This document shows positions 24,134 to 36,999 of a stretch of DNA of 64,000 nucleotides, in pieces. The stretch is from NCBI GenBank assembly GCA_036172245.1, contig JAYWIR010000017.1, positions 1,488,001-1,552,000 of the forward strand, given 5' to 3'. The notes under the pieces are model-generated. The model saw nothing but the letters and a program-made list of their open reading frames with translations, was not told where the DNA came from and made no database searches. A program made the translations under genes and the position numbers. This DNA is from Raillietiella orientalis (taxonomy: Eukaryota). Each line of letters starts with the position of its first letter. Position 1 is the stretch's first letter.

Positions 24134-24187
24134 CCCTACGATGCGACTACTTGTGACCCTCTGCGCCTAAGTAGTCGCATCGTAGGG
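24134..24187. repeat. Perfect 19-bp inverted repeat with 16-nt loop
   Basis: ccctacgatgcgactactt (24134-24152) / aagtagtcgcatcgtaggg (24169-24187). Confidence 0.95.
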
Positions 24188-25389
24188 CCGCGTCGGGGAC
24201 ACTGCCTCTGATTTGTCAGTATGAAAAAGCGTGTCTTCATCTCATTCGCTCCGTGGGAAACCACTATCGTCCGAGGAAACATTTCTTTCCACAGGCTCCC
24301 GCATTGAAACACCAGTTCCAAGGAGTCCACTTAACGCAACAGTTCTTCCTTATAAAAAAAGTGCGAGAAAGGAAGGAAGATGGGGAAACAAAGAAAAGGA
24401 AACTACCCTCACTTCTAAGTCCTCTGTTGCCCCCTGCTTGTTGGACCCTGTAAATTTACCCTTTTCTAGCAAATGAAATGATGGAGCATGGAGGACTCAA
24501 CGTAGCTTCCAAGCATCTCGTTTGATTGGACGTGCACATATTTCAGGATTTCTCCCGAAACGAGCCGAGTTTCCTCAGGTGCTTCTTCAAGAACCTTATT
24601 CTGTGAGTTCCTTTCGGAAACATGGCGGATCCTGCTCCGGGAAGCCCCGGTTCGCTTCAATCCTGATCCCAGCGTACCTGAACGGAACGTCTTCCGTCAT
24701 TCTCGGAACGAAGGGCAGAGACATGGCTCCATCTGCGACGCATGACCGACCGTTCAGGGAGGCGGCCGAGGTCACGTTTCGAGTTCAGTGCTCCTCTTCC
24801 ATCCTCCGCCCTCGCGGACTCCGGAGAGTTCTCCAGCAGATTCCAAAGGCAGTTTTGTTTCCCATCCTCTGAGCACATGCCGCCTCCCGAAATCCTCCGT
24901 CTGGAAGATGCTCAGGGCGGAACGTAGCCCCCCGTTTGTACAGTCCGCGCCAAAACCTTTTCGAACGGGAGAAACACCTGAATTTCGGGAGCGTCTCGTC
25001 GTCGTCTGCCATCCGGCGATCCTCGGATAGATGGAACCGAGCCACGAGCGAGACGCCGCCGCTGGCTCGCCGAATGACCGGCGTGCCGAATTTCACTTTC
25101 CCCCCTTCTGGGAGAATTCTCAGGGAAAAAAAGAAAAGTACCGGAATCGAATGGCCTTCACACTGAGCTTGATCGATAAACCCCCGCGGAGTAAACACTC
25201 AGGCGAAATCCCCCAGAGAGGAATTCAGCCATTGAGCGGCATCTGAATCCCCCGCTACCTGGGACCAAATCCGCAGGTGACACCGCTGAACTTTGGGGGA
25301 GGGAAGCCTTGACTCTCTCAGTTAACACCCTCTACGCGCTCTCTCCTGAAACACTCTTGCCGCGCTGACGTCAGCGCTGAGCGCGGTGC

Positions 25390-27841
25390 TGATGTCAAGG
25401 CGGATGTTTGCTTCTGTTTCCCCGGTTACCCTGCGCAAGCGGGCGCACGGCCCGCCGCCGGATCTGGGGTCTCCGAGGAGGCACGGGAAGGGTCGTCGAT
25501 TCCAAGTTGAAGTGCAAACGCGCTGCTACTACCTGCCGGAGCAGCGTCCGGGAGGTTCGCGAATCCCCGAGGAACCGCGCGCGTGGGATCGGAGCCGCAA
25601 TTTCCCCCCCGCCCCCTCCTCCTCCATTTGCAACGCAGCAACAGCAGAAAAGCCTGAAGGGGCAAATCCCCCGCGTCCGCGAAGGAGGAGGTGGAGAGAG
25701 TCGGTCCGCCTCCGGCGTTTTCCCGCCTCGCCCTCTCCGTGTCTCGGTCGGCAGCTGGCCTGATTTTCCCCTCTGCAGTTCCCCCCCCCCCCCATTCCGC
25801 TCCCGGGAGCTCTTCAGCAGCTCGCCGCCGCTACGCGAACCGAGCCATCTCGTTTCCGGTCCGGAGGAGGAGTGGTGGTTGCCGTGGGAGATCGGAGGGG
25901 CTGCAGGGGTCGGTCCAGGAGGTGAGCAGCAGCGGGTTCGCATCGTCTCTCGCGCCTGCCTGCTTGCCGCCGATGCGGCGGAAGGGGGAGGGGAGGAGGA
26001 GGGGGGAAAGGGTCGCGGGAAGTTCGAAGGCGGCTCCGAGGAGAGTTTGCCGGCGGGCGGGCTGGTCGTCGTTGATCAAGAGGGATTCCGGGGAGAAGGA
26101 GCTTGAGAGAAGGAAGGAGAGAGGGAGGGGGGGGGTCTTCGCCGCCGAGTCATCCTCGGCTCACGACAGAGCAACATGCTGTGGAAGGACCCGTTCGGGT
26201 GTCCCCACTGGGCACGAGCACTCGCCGCCGGAGGGACCGAAGGGCGGAAAGCCTCCATTCTCCGTTTCCAGCAGCGCGCTGGCCTGGGTCCCGTGCCATC
26301 CTCTGCCCCCTCCCCCCCCCAGCCGGCTTCGCATGGGTCAATCTTCAGCTCGAAGATTTCGAAGGAAAAAAAGAAAGAAAGAAAATCAGAGAGAAGAAGG
26401 GGGAGGCAACGGGAACAGGGGAGGGATTCTTCCGGGGAAAAGGGCTCCTTGCGTTGAGGAATCCTCCCGGATGTACCCAGGGCGATCCCCCCTCTTCCAG
26501 GAGCGAGCACCCCCGCGCGTTCACTCTCTGAACTGTGGAGTCTTCCAGCCCGACGAAGGGAGCGTTTACTCGCCCCCAGCCTCTCCTCCTTTCTCGTTTG
26601 CAACCACGCGCGCGTGGACGCTGTCGACTGTGGAGGGGAGCCCGGAGGGGGGGGGAGAAGAGAGGGAACCGAGATGCGGGTGCGCACGCAGGAAGCGGCG
26701 AGGTCTGTCGGGCAAACCGCCGCGTCCGTTTACGACCGGAGGTCTACGAAGGGCCACGCCCCGGCCGTGAATAGCCTCTCCTCGTTACAGGAATGCGATC
26801 TCCCGGGCTGTTAGGTGGGATGGGAAGGGAAGGAACAATGCGCCGCCGATGGTCCATCGCACTCTGCTTTCCGCTCTCCTCCTCCCGCAGTGGGGGAGGG
26901 AGGAGGGATGAGCGTGCGTTCCCCACGATTCCACCTCGTCCAGCAGACCGAGGTTCCTCTCCCCAGGAAGTCGAGATCCGTTCCCGAGGCCGGTGCGCGT
27001 GCCTGCCGGCTTCCCAAGGTCAGGGAGGCACGAGGTTCGAGCGTTTCGAGGTCCTTAGGGTGGTGGGTCACTCCGAGCAGGCACACCGGCGGCGCTGGGT
27101 CCGACATCCGCGTGCCCGTCTCCAGGAACGTTTGGCCTCCCGAAACTCGAAGGACATCCGGAGAGACCCTTCCTGGGAAATAGACCTCTCCAGCGAACCC
27201 GCAAACCTAGAAGGGGAGGGGGGGATGTCGATCTCGGCTGCATGACGAGGCTACGCCAGTTGGGGCCCACAGGGAGAAAGTCCAGGAAAGTCTCCGAGGA
27301 GGATGAGCAAATCCTGCTTCCACGATAGCAGGAAGCAAACGGGAATGCGTCCAGGAGACTGGGGAAGGAAGGGGCAACTCAGAGGGGGTTGATGCTGACT
27401 GCTGCTGGCGTTTCTTCACCACGGCAACAGATCGCGGACACCTTTTGCAACCTTTTTTTTTGTTGTGGGAGGGAAGTTAGGCGAAATCCCGTGGGTGATT
27501 TCATCCCAGGGATTCATTCCAGGAAAGCGCCTCCTATGTACACCTCTCCGCTTCCAGGGCGGGGACAGCAAGCTATTTCGCCTGAGAGACTCGCGGTAAT
27601 CGGCTAAGACTCAGGACATGGAAGTCCCGTTTCCTCCTGGAGCGTGCCTGCGCGGTTCGACCCGGAGGAGGCTGCTGTCCACCTGACCCAAGGGGTGCAA
27701 GCGAAAAGGCAAAGCCGTGGACGGCGACGCTTCTCGTGGACCTCTCGCAGATCACCATGGCACCAAGAGCGAGCGATGCGCGTTGCCCCCCGAGGGGCAA
27801 CGCGCATCCGAGGGATGAAGGAGGAGGAAGCAGGTCTCTGA
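25390..27841 (+). pseudogene. Histone quartet relic C6 (GC-rich)
   Basis: H2B LPEQRPGGSRI and SREL. H2A RRAG, LRMGQSSARR and EGSVYSP. H3 MRVRTQEAARS...RRSTKGHAP (from 26674), VQQTEVPLPRK, SDIRV and LQE. H4 VGDFIPGI and EAAVHLT...AKRQS, stop at about 27841. Confidence 0.8.
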
Positions 27842-27929
27842 AAGTGACGTCTCAGGAAAGGGAATCTGAAGGTTCTCTTTCCTGAGGCTTGTGCCTCGAC
27901 GTCGTGTGGTCACGTGTGTCCCTTGGAGC

Positions 27930-30140
27930 CTGGAATCAGGTCGGGGAAACGTGGAACCACTCTTCTCTCAAGCAGCTTTCAACCAAGAGGGGATGGAGGT
28001 CAGGATGGGTCGGAGAGCTCCCTTCTCGGAGACACAGATTACAAGCCGTTCGGTCGATTGACCGGCAGGCCGGAAGCGAGTGCTCTTCCTCCCAGCTGTG
28101 TCACGCCGCATACAGATTTCGGGTTGCAGGGATAGAGGAGGCTTGGCAGTTGCACGGGAGCAGCACCGTGCCACCGGGGAAGCGGTGACATGGGAAGGAG
28201 CACGCGTACCTTCCCTGGGGAAACGAGGGGAGAGGGGAAGCAAACCTCGACGCGAACGATTCTCGCTCCGGATGGCGCCGTCCGGCGGCGACGACTCGGG
28301 TCAGAAGGTTCACCCCGGAGACTGAATCCGTGCGAGCGAGAAGGGGTCCATCCGCCACTGCATCGACGTCTCCGAGACCACTCGGAGGAGAGGTCGAGAT
28401 CGGCCCTGCAATTCCGGGCATGGGAAAGTTGCAGAAGTCCGAGCCTGGTTCCTCCTCCCCCTTCTTCCTTCCTTTTCTCTCCTCCCACGGTCGTGACGAC
28501 GCTTTTCGTTGTTCGAGTCGCCTCTGAACCTGATTCAGACCGTTCCCGAGGACACCAGATTCTCGCCCAAGAATGTCGCCCTCCTCATCCTAAGTGACAA
28601 CAAGCCTCATACAGGATGTAGTCAGCGGACTCCTGCAGCTTCCAATTCTAGATCAGAGCTCTTCACCACCCTCGTCGTCTCCAGGAAACCTCCAGAGGTG
28701 CCGGTGCTGAGCACCCGCTTCCAGTTTTCTTGCTCTGCCGGGGATGGTGATGCGAGCGGCGAGGTACCTCGCTCCAGAGCAAGTAAACAGACCTAGAGAG
28801 GAAGATGCATGGGAACGATCTGGCTCCATGGAGGAGTGTTCAATTCCACGTGCGTCGTTCCTACCCGGGAAGTGTGCGTCCCACTCGGCCTCTTGAATCT
28901 CCTAAGATAATAAAGTTTCCTCTCTGCCACCTTTCTTCTTCCTTCCCTCCCTCCTCCTTGATAGTATCAAGATAAAATGATGCTCGTCCATCTGCTAGAC
29001 GAGATAACGGTAGCTCCATTGCAAAGATGCTGGAGAGAACCCCGCGACTTTGTCAAAGCCCGGTGTTTCTTTTCTGGAGAAAGACAGGCGCATGTCCCTC
29101 GCCAACTGACTCGTTGTGTCCTACGGAAAGTCCCTAAGGGAAGAGATGGCCTTCCATTGCCCTGCGGCGCGCAAGGAGTCGCGTTACCGAGGAGGAGCGA
29201 AAAGGTGAATCCTCTGCAATTTCCCACGCCTTTTCTAAAGCAAGGAAGAGATGGTTGGGCTGTCAGGGAGAATCAGCGCAGAGTTTCCCCCGTGCGGCGA
29301 GAACGAGAGCAGGTGTGTTTTAAAGAAAGCCCGCGGCTCCAGAACAATCTGACCTTAGTTCCACCCCAAAGGAGAATGGCGTGCTTCTTTATCTGGAGAC
29401 GGCGCAGCTTCCATTTAAAAGAGAATGGCAACCGTTTCATTCTTGATTCAGATGGCCGCGGCTCTGCTCTGAAGCAGTATCTTGACGTGTCTTGACTACG
29501 GTATCTTGACTTCACACGAAGACAGCGGTGTGAATCTGTTTCATGACGAGCCGATGGCAGTTCTGTTCCCCACGAAACAGATCCCCCACGAATTGAGGTG
29601 CTTCTGTTACAGAATTTCCGTTTCTTTCGTAGGCGCGGAGATAACCCCACGAGGAAGAACGTATGCTTTGCTTGCTTTCTTTAACAAGATTGCCGTAGGT
29701 CCAATGAGGGGAAGATGATTTCCGAATCCTCTCTGAAGTGAGGAGGTAGCTTTGCTCTGTAGAAAAATGGCCACTGGATTTCCTCCAAGAAAAGATGGTG
29801 ATGATTCCTTCCCAAAGCAAAATAATGCTCTTCAAATAGATGATTCAATGACCTTTGAGACTAATCAGAATACCAATAGAATTCTATGGTCACATCAGCT
29901 TATGGAAGATCTCGAAAAGGCGTAAATTAGCACTTAAAAGCAAACTGGGAGCGGTTACATCCTTAAGCTAGGAGACCTTAGTTCCACCTTAAGAAAAGAA
30001 AATGGCCAGCCTTTACAAATAAGGGATGCTGTTGCTTTACGAAACAAAATGACTGCTGTTGAATTCCAAAGTCAGTGGAAGGAGACTCTGTGTCGAAAAA
30101 TAGTTTTCCTGGAGTTTCCTGGAGCAAGTCAATAGCTCTT
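27930..30140 (+). pseudogene. Histone quartet relic C7
   Basis: H2B LQAVRSIDRQAG and GAVR. H2A PGNLQR and TIWLHGGVFN (cf. TIAQGGVLPN) about 28815-28845. H3 VPRQLTRCVLRKVP...GVAL...PF (ORF 28977-29495) and HEDSGVNLFH. H4 IRDAVA at 30018-30035. Confidence 0.8.
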
Positions 30141-32200
30141 TGCATAGACGCGTTTCTTTTCCAAAAGAAGCGAATCCGCAGCTCCATTCCAAAACCAACT
30201 GGTGGTATTTTCATGTAAGAGAAGGGGCTGATGTTAACTCTTTCCGGAAGCATGGTGGGGCAGCTGAAGGTGGTTTTAACTGGTCCCTTTTCAGCTTATG
30301 TGGAGACAATTATTCAAAAGGATGAGGAGGATGGTAGACAATCAGGAAAAGACAATGTGAATTAAATACAGGATAATTTGAATGGGAGAAACAGATGCCA
30401 TGAACAGTAGCATGGTTGCGCAAGCTCAGATCATTTCTGAATCATTTCTCAAGATTTTGGAGAGAGTGATGCAATTGTCATGGCACACTTACATTAAGAA
30501 GATGACTTTTTAATTGGAGGTTATTTGTACTCGTTGTAACAAAAGAGTGGGATCATCGAATTCTCATTCCGGAGCGAGGCGGAAAGGGTTCCATTCCAAA
30601 AGAGACGCAGGGTTTCCCAAGACAAGGCATGTTTTCTTTGTGGTGAGCGGCTTCAGTTGCAACTCAAGGAGATTAAACAATGGATCGATTTGTAAACCGG
30701 ATAACAGCTTCTTTGAAACTGAGCTGTTGCCTTGACGATTTTCGTGGATCAGGATGGCTATGGTTCGCTTCCATATCAGATCTTCGGAAACTTCCTCTTC
30801 GAGAAAAATCACAATTCCGTTTCAATAGGAGCTGGCAATAGCTTCATTCCCAATCTTGATGACCACTGTTTCCCTCGAAAACAGGGTGGCAAGAATGAGG
30901 AGGCAAGGAGGACTGCTTCTTCGGCTTCAAAGAAAACGGGCATTTTCATTTGAATTCACGCGAATACGTTCCCATTCGGAAGCTGCGCGATAGCAATTCT
31001 ATTCCTATATAATATAATAGTTGTTATCAATTCCATTAAACTGAATGGAACGCTAACGGGACAGGAGAGCAAAGGCTCCTCTCTCCTCAAACAGTCTGCT
31101 CTTTTCCACGAATTACAAGCATTGGCTTATAATAATTCCAAAAAGAACAGTTTGCTTTCGTGCTGAAGAAGTCCTCTCGATTAAAGCGATGAACTGAGGA
31201 CAGAGAGAAGGTCATCTGATTGAACCCATACTAGCAGTTATCGTCTGTTTCATGACCATCTGATGATACCTGACAATTTCATTCAGTTTGGTTACTGTTC
31301 GAAGGAAGATTTTCTTGCTCTTCGATGGTAATCTCGAGACGTTATTTTCCATCGCAAGACCTCTCATTTTTTATTACCAATGAGTCCGCTCTCAAGGAGA
31401 CCAAACTGCCGCACTGTTGCAGCAGTTCTTGAGAATAGCTAGTCACGTCTTTCGAAAGCCATGTCTGTTCATGAACCTACCCATTCACCCGTTCATCAAG
31501 CTATTAGTCGTGAATTCCACACATCGCGAACATCCGTCTGCTTTCATTTCGAATCAGAAAATAAGTGTCCGGAAAAATCAGCCGACATCTCATGGATTTT
31601 TAGCACCTGTCGATTTGCAGGGTTGGTCTTCCGTGCTCTGTAAGGTTGCCCTTGCTTTCTGTAAAGAAATCTCGATAACGAGCTTGCCTGCAACATAAAC
31701 ATTTCTTAAAGCGACCATCCTTCTGACAAGCGTCTTACGAGTGCCTTTCCAGTGATCTTGGACACTCCTAATAATGGTCTAATAATTTGGACTGGAAGAT
31801 TCGTAGTGATGGCAGCCTGAATCCGGAACACATGGATGCTTGCATTCTCTGCAGTTAATCCTTCTGGATACATATAATCCAGCTATCTTCATTGGTCTGT
31901 ATAGAGTTCAGCTAAGTCGGAGGGAAACACTTACGTGGGTTGCGCCACTCGGTAGGCATTTTTTCCTGGGAGGAGCTTCCGAAATGCAGATAAGAAACTA
32001 GATTTTCCAGAACGATAGATTGCTAACGAACGATCCTGAGGAAGGAAACATCCAACCACAGGGATCCAATGATCCTTGTGGTTGGATTTCCTGGGAACAC
32101 ACACTGAATTCCAGTTCGCCCCGTGTGATGGCAAGTCATCCTTCTGACTTCTATATGGTCTTACAAGCAATCAGTCTCCTTTACTTGGGACAAATAAAGG
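30140..32200 (+). pseudogene. Histone quartet relic C8
   Basis: H2B VNSF (ORF 30140-30325). H2A RLQLQLKEI and GAGNS. H3 LFMNLPIHPFIKLL (ORF 31417-31698). H4 THTE and DFYMVLQAISLLYLG (ORF 32020-32433). Confidence 0.72.
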
Positions 32201-32329
32201 GGAGGCAAAGAGAAGTTCTCAGAAGTTGCCTATTCCCCTGGACTGGGAACCTTGGCTCGAAGATCGAAAGAATTATTGGGAAGCTGACTGGTTTTCGAGT
32301 TTTTTCTTTTAGTTTTCGTACAATTGGGG

Positions 32330-34500
32330 AGATCTCTGCTTTCCTAGACCAGAAAAAGGAACAGGAAAGCATGCTTTGGCGTGAAAGAGTGGCAGAAGAA
32401 TTCCAATTATCGTTGCTCTCGTCATGGAATTAAGAAAGTGTTTCGTTCTACTATTAGTAGTCTCCATTTGACTGGTCTGTACAGCAGCCAGAGATTTGAA
32501 CTTGGTAGGTGAGGTGGTTGGTCATTTTCATGGTCCAACGAAACTCTTGCTCATCTTCCAATTGCTCTTTCCATCGGATCATGTCGAAGTTCCCGGTCTT
32601 TTAATATTTTCTTCGGTAAAGTTTGTTTTCGAACTTTCGCTCCGAAGGATTATTCGAACGAAATCCAACGGCAGCCACGTAACCACGACAACGGAGCGAT
32701 GGGACCTAGTTCAAAAGGATTACTTGAGCTCTGAGGGAAAAACTTCATCAAACTCATGAAGGATCTCCGTTAGCAGGTTCAATCTTGAAGTAATATCTCA
32801 TGCTCCCAAAAATGAAAAGGAAAGAAAGTGTTCCTTGCTTCCAGAGAACTTGCAACAGCTTGATCCTTCCGGAAACCAAATCCTTAGATGTGTTGTTTAG
32901 AGCAAAAAGGCTGACATAAAAGTTATTGATTTGTTTTCCGAAATGCTTGCGTCGAGACGGTAAACAAGTTATAAAATCTTGACATGCACGCGGATATTGT
33001 TTTTGCCCTGATATTGTTTTTTATCTTTCAGACAGGCAAACGGGTTATTTATTATTTTATTTGAAGATGGCAGGTGCAAAAGTATATTCCATTGCAGTCC
33101 ACTGCCTGTCCGGAACTAGAATTGCTTACCGCAGGCTAGTCCTTTCTTTTCTCAACTAAGGGTGCGTCTTGTGGGCTATAATTCTTTATGGTGCTCACCC
33201 TTCGCAACTTACGCGACTCTTTTTTCTTTTCTTTTTTTTCGCACGACAGCGAAACTTCACATTCGCCTCACGAAAACAATCCATTGGCCTAATTCCATGC
33301 TCGCCCAGGACTTTGGAATTGTCACAAAGCAGCTGGAAACGATAGAAGATCTGGTCACTATGTAATAAAGTGCTCTTCAGAACTCTTTTGAAATCACTTA
33401 TTGTCTGGAATCCTATCAAGAACATTACACATACTTTTGAAGGAGAATCTGGAACTTCTTGAATGTTTGTTTTAAAATTTGGAAGAACCGAGACCGCTCG
33501 TATCACCTGTGCGGTCCAGATTTTCCATATTTTGAAAATCTTATTTTTTTTTTTTTGGTTCAGGATAAGGGGATTGTAAAAAGGATTAAGTCGATCAAAC
33601 AATTGGGATACAACTGAATGCAAGGAAGCTGCAAAGATACAAACACTGGGATGAACACAGCAAATAAAGTACCCAGCGTTGTTGAAAACAGAGAAAACCT
33701 GTGATCTTAAATGCATACGAATATGTTTTTATCGATTGAGGGATGATGGAGAAATTCATCCAAATTTTGCCAGCTCATCAGAAAAGTGGAATTCGTAAGC
33801 AAAAACTAATCAATGAATATCCCTTCTATGAGACCCTATAAGTCCATCTTTTCAGAATTTCGCTTTCGAAATCCATTATCTAACAAGCAATCTTAACAGA
33901 CTGGACTCTGGATGCCCTGGAAAACTTTCCAAAAACTCTTCCTAAGACAGTAATGCTCTAACTCTGAGGCAAACTCTGAAAAGCAGGGTTTCCAAAAATG
34001 CTTCGCCTTATTTTATTATTCATGTTGGACGTTTCCTGGCTTTAGGGAAAAGGAACATTCTCGAGGCTCCCCTTGAAACACACTCCCTAATGATGCGTTG
34101 GGTGCAATGACAGACGAGCTTCTGTGGCCGGTTCTGGCGAATAAGCTTGCAGATTGCTCGGTGTTGCCAGCATCTCGTATCCTGCCACAAAAGACGCCAG
34201 CATGTTAGCAACAAGAAACTCTCGTCTACACGTTCTCCCATCGCCTCTGGATGATTTACTCCATTGAATTTTCATTCTTATTTTTCAAGGAAAAAAGAAA
34301 AATCTGCCTCTTTGAAAAGATTCGTCTGCTGAGGATTCTGCTCAGATGATGCAAGAAATTCGGAACAATAGCCCATTTTGTTGTGTGGTGTGATAGAGTC
34401 ACCTTCTGTTGACACGACACTTGTTTTCCCCATCTAGAATGCAATGGTGCGACCTGGAGAGAATTCCGTTGTTTTCCTTGTCATATTCCGGATTCACTTT
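32330..34500 (+). pseudogene. Histone quartet relic C9
   Basis: H2B ESVSFYY** (cf. ESYSIYI) at about 32434 and SEG. H2A IVTKQLE. H3 RTETAR (33484-33501), HQKS and YPF. H4 DRVTFC*H (cf. DAVTYTEH) at about 34392. Confidence 0.72.
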
Positions 34501-34599
34501 CCCATCTGTTTTTGCAGATACTGCTTATAAAGTTTTGGTTGTCTGGGCCGGAGGGCAAACTGCTCCCGAAATCGTGACACATCGTAACCACCCCTGTAA

Positions 34600-36910
34600 A
34601 ACGAGTCATGTTCTCTACACAAGTACATCGCCGTTGGGTTCCCCTTATTCTCTTCCTCTGCATCCAAAAATGAGAGATCTTCGCTGTACACTCACATCTT
34701 CTCTCTTCATTTGCTGATCTCTTTTCATCTTGCTTTTCTCACCGCACCTCTGCACGTTTCATTCCGATCAAATTCCTCTGAACCCGTGGATGATTCCCTG
34801 AACTTCTACGAACGATTTGGCAGCGTTTATTTTGTTAGCTCTCTCTCTCTCTCTCTCTCGCGTTCTCTCTTTATTTTGGAGAAAGGATCTATTTTGATGT
34901 GTTCTCGAACTAGATTTCGATATTTATGAATAATCCTGAATACATTACATCTTTTCGTTTGTTGCATGCCATTTAGAGTTGCCTATCTGACATAATTTTC
35001 TGCTTTCTGCTTTCAGACTATCGCCAACGGAAACACCAGAGCACAAAATTTCTCGTAACTTCCTTCGATTCCAGTGAAGAACACGCGATGACACAGCATT
35101 CAGGGACTGCTGCAAATAGGCGGACACAGAATCATGAATACATCCTGGTGTTCAAGGTATTTGTAGAAGATTAGGCTGCAAATTCTTTTGTGCTCATATC
35201 GTCAACACGAAAGATTTTCTCCGACACTAAAATAAGGCTACTTTTCCGTGAGTGTTCAAATACCTTATTTTTCTAAAAAGGTCATTCCCAAACATTGCTG
35301 CTGCGTGCAATGAGCTCATATCAAGACGGAATGTTTCAATGATGAACGTGTACAGGTCTGCCATCCAAAGAAATCCTTTTAACGCTACTTGTAACTCGGA
35401 CGGAGAGGTACGGAAGAAAGTTTTCTCAGAGATTCAGCTCCCTATTGATTTCAAATCACTCATGCATTTGTCTTGATATTTATCTTTCAACCCGTCGCAT
35501 AGAAAGTGCTGTTTATTTAAATTTCCAGCTGCCAAATTGCGAAAGCACTTCAATTCGTAGTTTTCATCTTTGGGTTCGAGAGTATTCCAACGGAAAACAT
35601 GAGCTTTACTTTCAAATGCCGTCCATTCTTCATTTCTGACAGTTGGTTGTGGATAATAGGACTAGGAGTTCATCGTTTTGTTTTGCGTTTTAATACTCGA
35701 AAGGATGGAAAGTTTGGAAGAAAAAAAAAAATTCATGTTGTGTTGTTACATAAACATGACATGGATTGTTTTTCAGCGAACGAAACTCATACGTGGTTCT
35801 GTATTCAACGATGATAATTAATGGACTCCAACTTTCTTTTCATCTGCTTGTGTGTGTTCTCACAGTGCTTTCTGAAGAATCAGAGTGAGTGCTCCATGTA
35901 GTTATTTGTTTGTCAATTCCCCCCGTCAGTGGGTTGAAATTCTAATTCTGCTTCATGTAGGATCTATTTTAGATGAGTAGAATTTTGTTTTGAACAGTAG
36001 AAGCCGCTAATGATAAAATTCAGGGTAGACATTCACTGTAGTCATAGGTGAAGCACATTTCAGATGACTGTCAAGTAGCAGCCAAGATCAGCACGAGAAA
36101 TAGATAATAACGCTGAATTTTGATATTGATTTTTAAAACCTTCTTCCCCTTTCCGCCCATGGCGATGTTCTTTATCGTCATGGCTGTGAATCAAACTCCT
36201 ACTGACAACTAGCTATATTGGCTTGAACACTGAAGTTTGAAAACTCTTGAGTGTTTCCTTTTCTTGTAAACAGAGAAATCAAAATACTTTAGATTCAAGA
36301 ACCCCTCCTGAGATTTTCTTTTCAGGAAGAGGTCGTTTGATTCTTTTCCAGAATCCATACCCGTCAGCAAGTGAATTCACATCATTCTAATTAATGGAGA
36401 CATCAATATCAGAGAACTATTGGAACCAGCTTCCTTCATGATTTTCGATTTCATGCTGCTTCAGCAAGATTTCTTTGTCTTGCATATATATGTATGTATG
36501 TATATGTATATACATTCTGGTTCGTTAATTATGTAAATGTGCATATGTATACATATACATACACAGCATATTCAGATATAGTGGATTCTGGTTCGTTAAT
36601 TTAAACACAAAAATTGAGTGCCAAAACAAGTCAGCTTCAGTGATCAGCCATTAACTCTACAGAAACCTTTCTAGAAGATTTTCAAATGCGGCATTTGCAA
36701 TCATGGAAGATGTCTTTCCAAAGAAAATTCCGGCCTTCGGTATTTTCCTTTCTGGGAAGCAGAACATATTTAAGCTTGACGGTTCGTGAAAACCACGGCG
36801 ATGAGTTTCTTCTGATGCATAGTCTCCACTTAGATGAGAGTTTTATCAGCAAATGTGCTTAGGATCTGCTCTTTAATTTCGTTCGAACACTTTGGGATAG
36901 CCTCCTTCAC
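34600..36910 (+). pseudogene. Histone quartet relic C10
   Basis: H2B VDD...FYERF. H2A RRLGCKFFCAHI and VFKYL. H3 FR*LSSSSQD, GCES and FENS. H4 LQKPSRRFS and RTLWDS (cf. TKPAIRRLA, RTLYGF). Confidence 0.68.
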
Positions 36911-36999
36911 CTACATGTGTCATCTGTCTCATCGCGGTGTTCCACATATTGTTTCAGATCTCTAGACCCTTCCTCTCCATTAGCCCCCACATGTTTCAA

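Larger units (their letters stand above)
23100..25170 (+). pseudogene. Histone quartet relic C5
   Basis: H2B NITFGAL...LLEAASI. H2A FAPIGKIEKSAKG, FLELL and EDTLDTFL. H3 tail RTARARRGCAP/LALSGSARENSP (24013-24101), HYRP, and GLNVASKHLV*L...FQD. H4 RRVLQ and PPEILRLEDAQGG. Confidence 0.75.

Noticed and set aside
12619..26770. Long ORFs in the GC islands (e.g. 12705-13640, 14736-15851, 15008-15862, 25691-26770) as protein-coding genes
   Set aside because: They overlap in all six frames, are R/P/G/S-rich and are explained by stop-codon scarcity at high GC; the histone similarity hops between frames.
26610..26770. Initial reading as an H4 C-terminus (DAV...ARRK)
   Set aside because: Another frame gives a better H3 N-tail match (MRVRTQEAAR...RRSTKGHAP), consistent with the array order.
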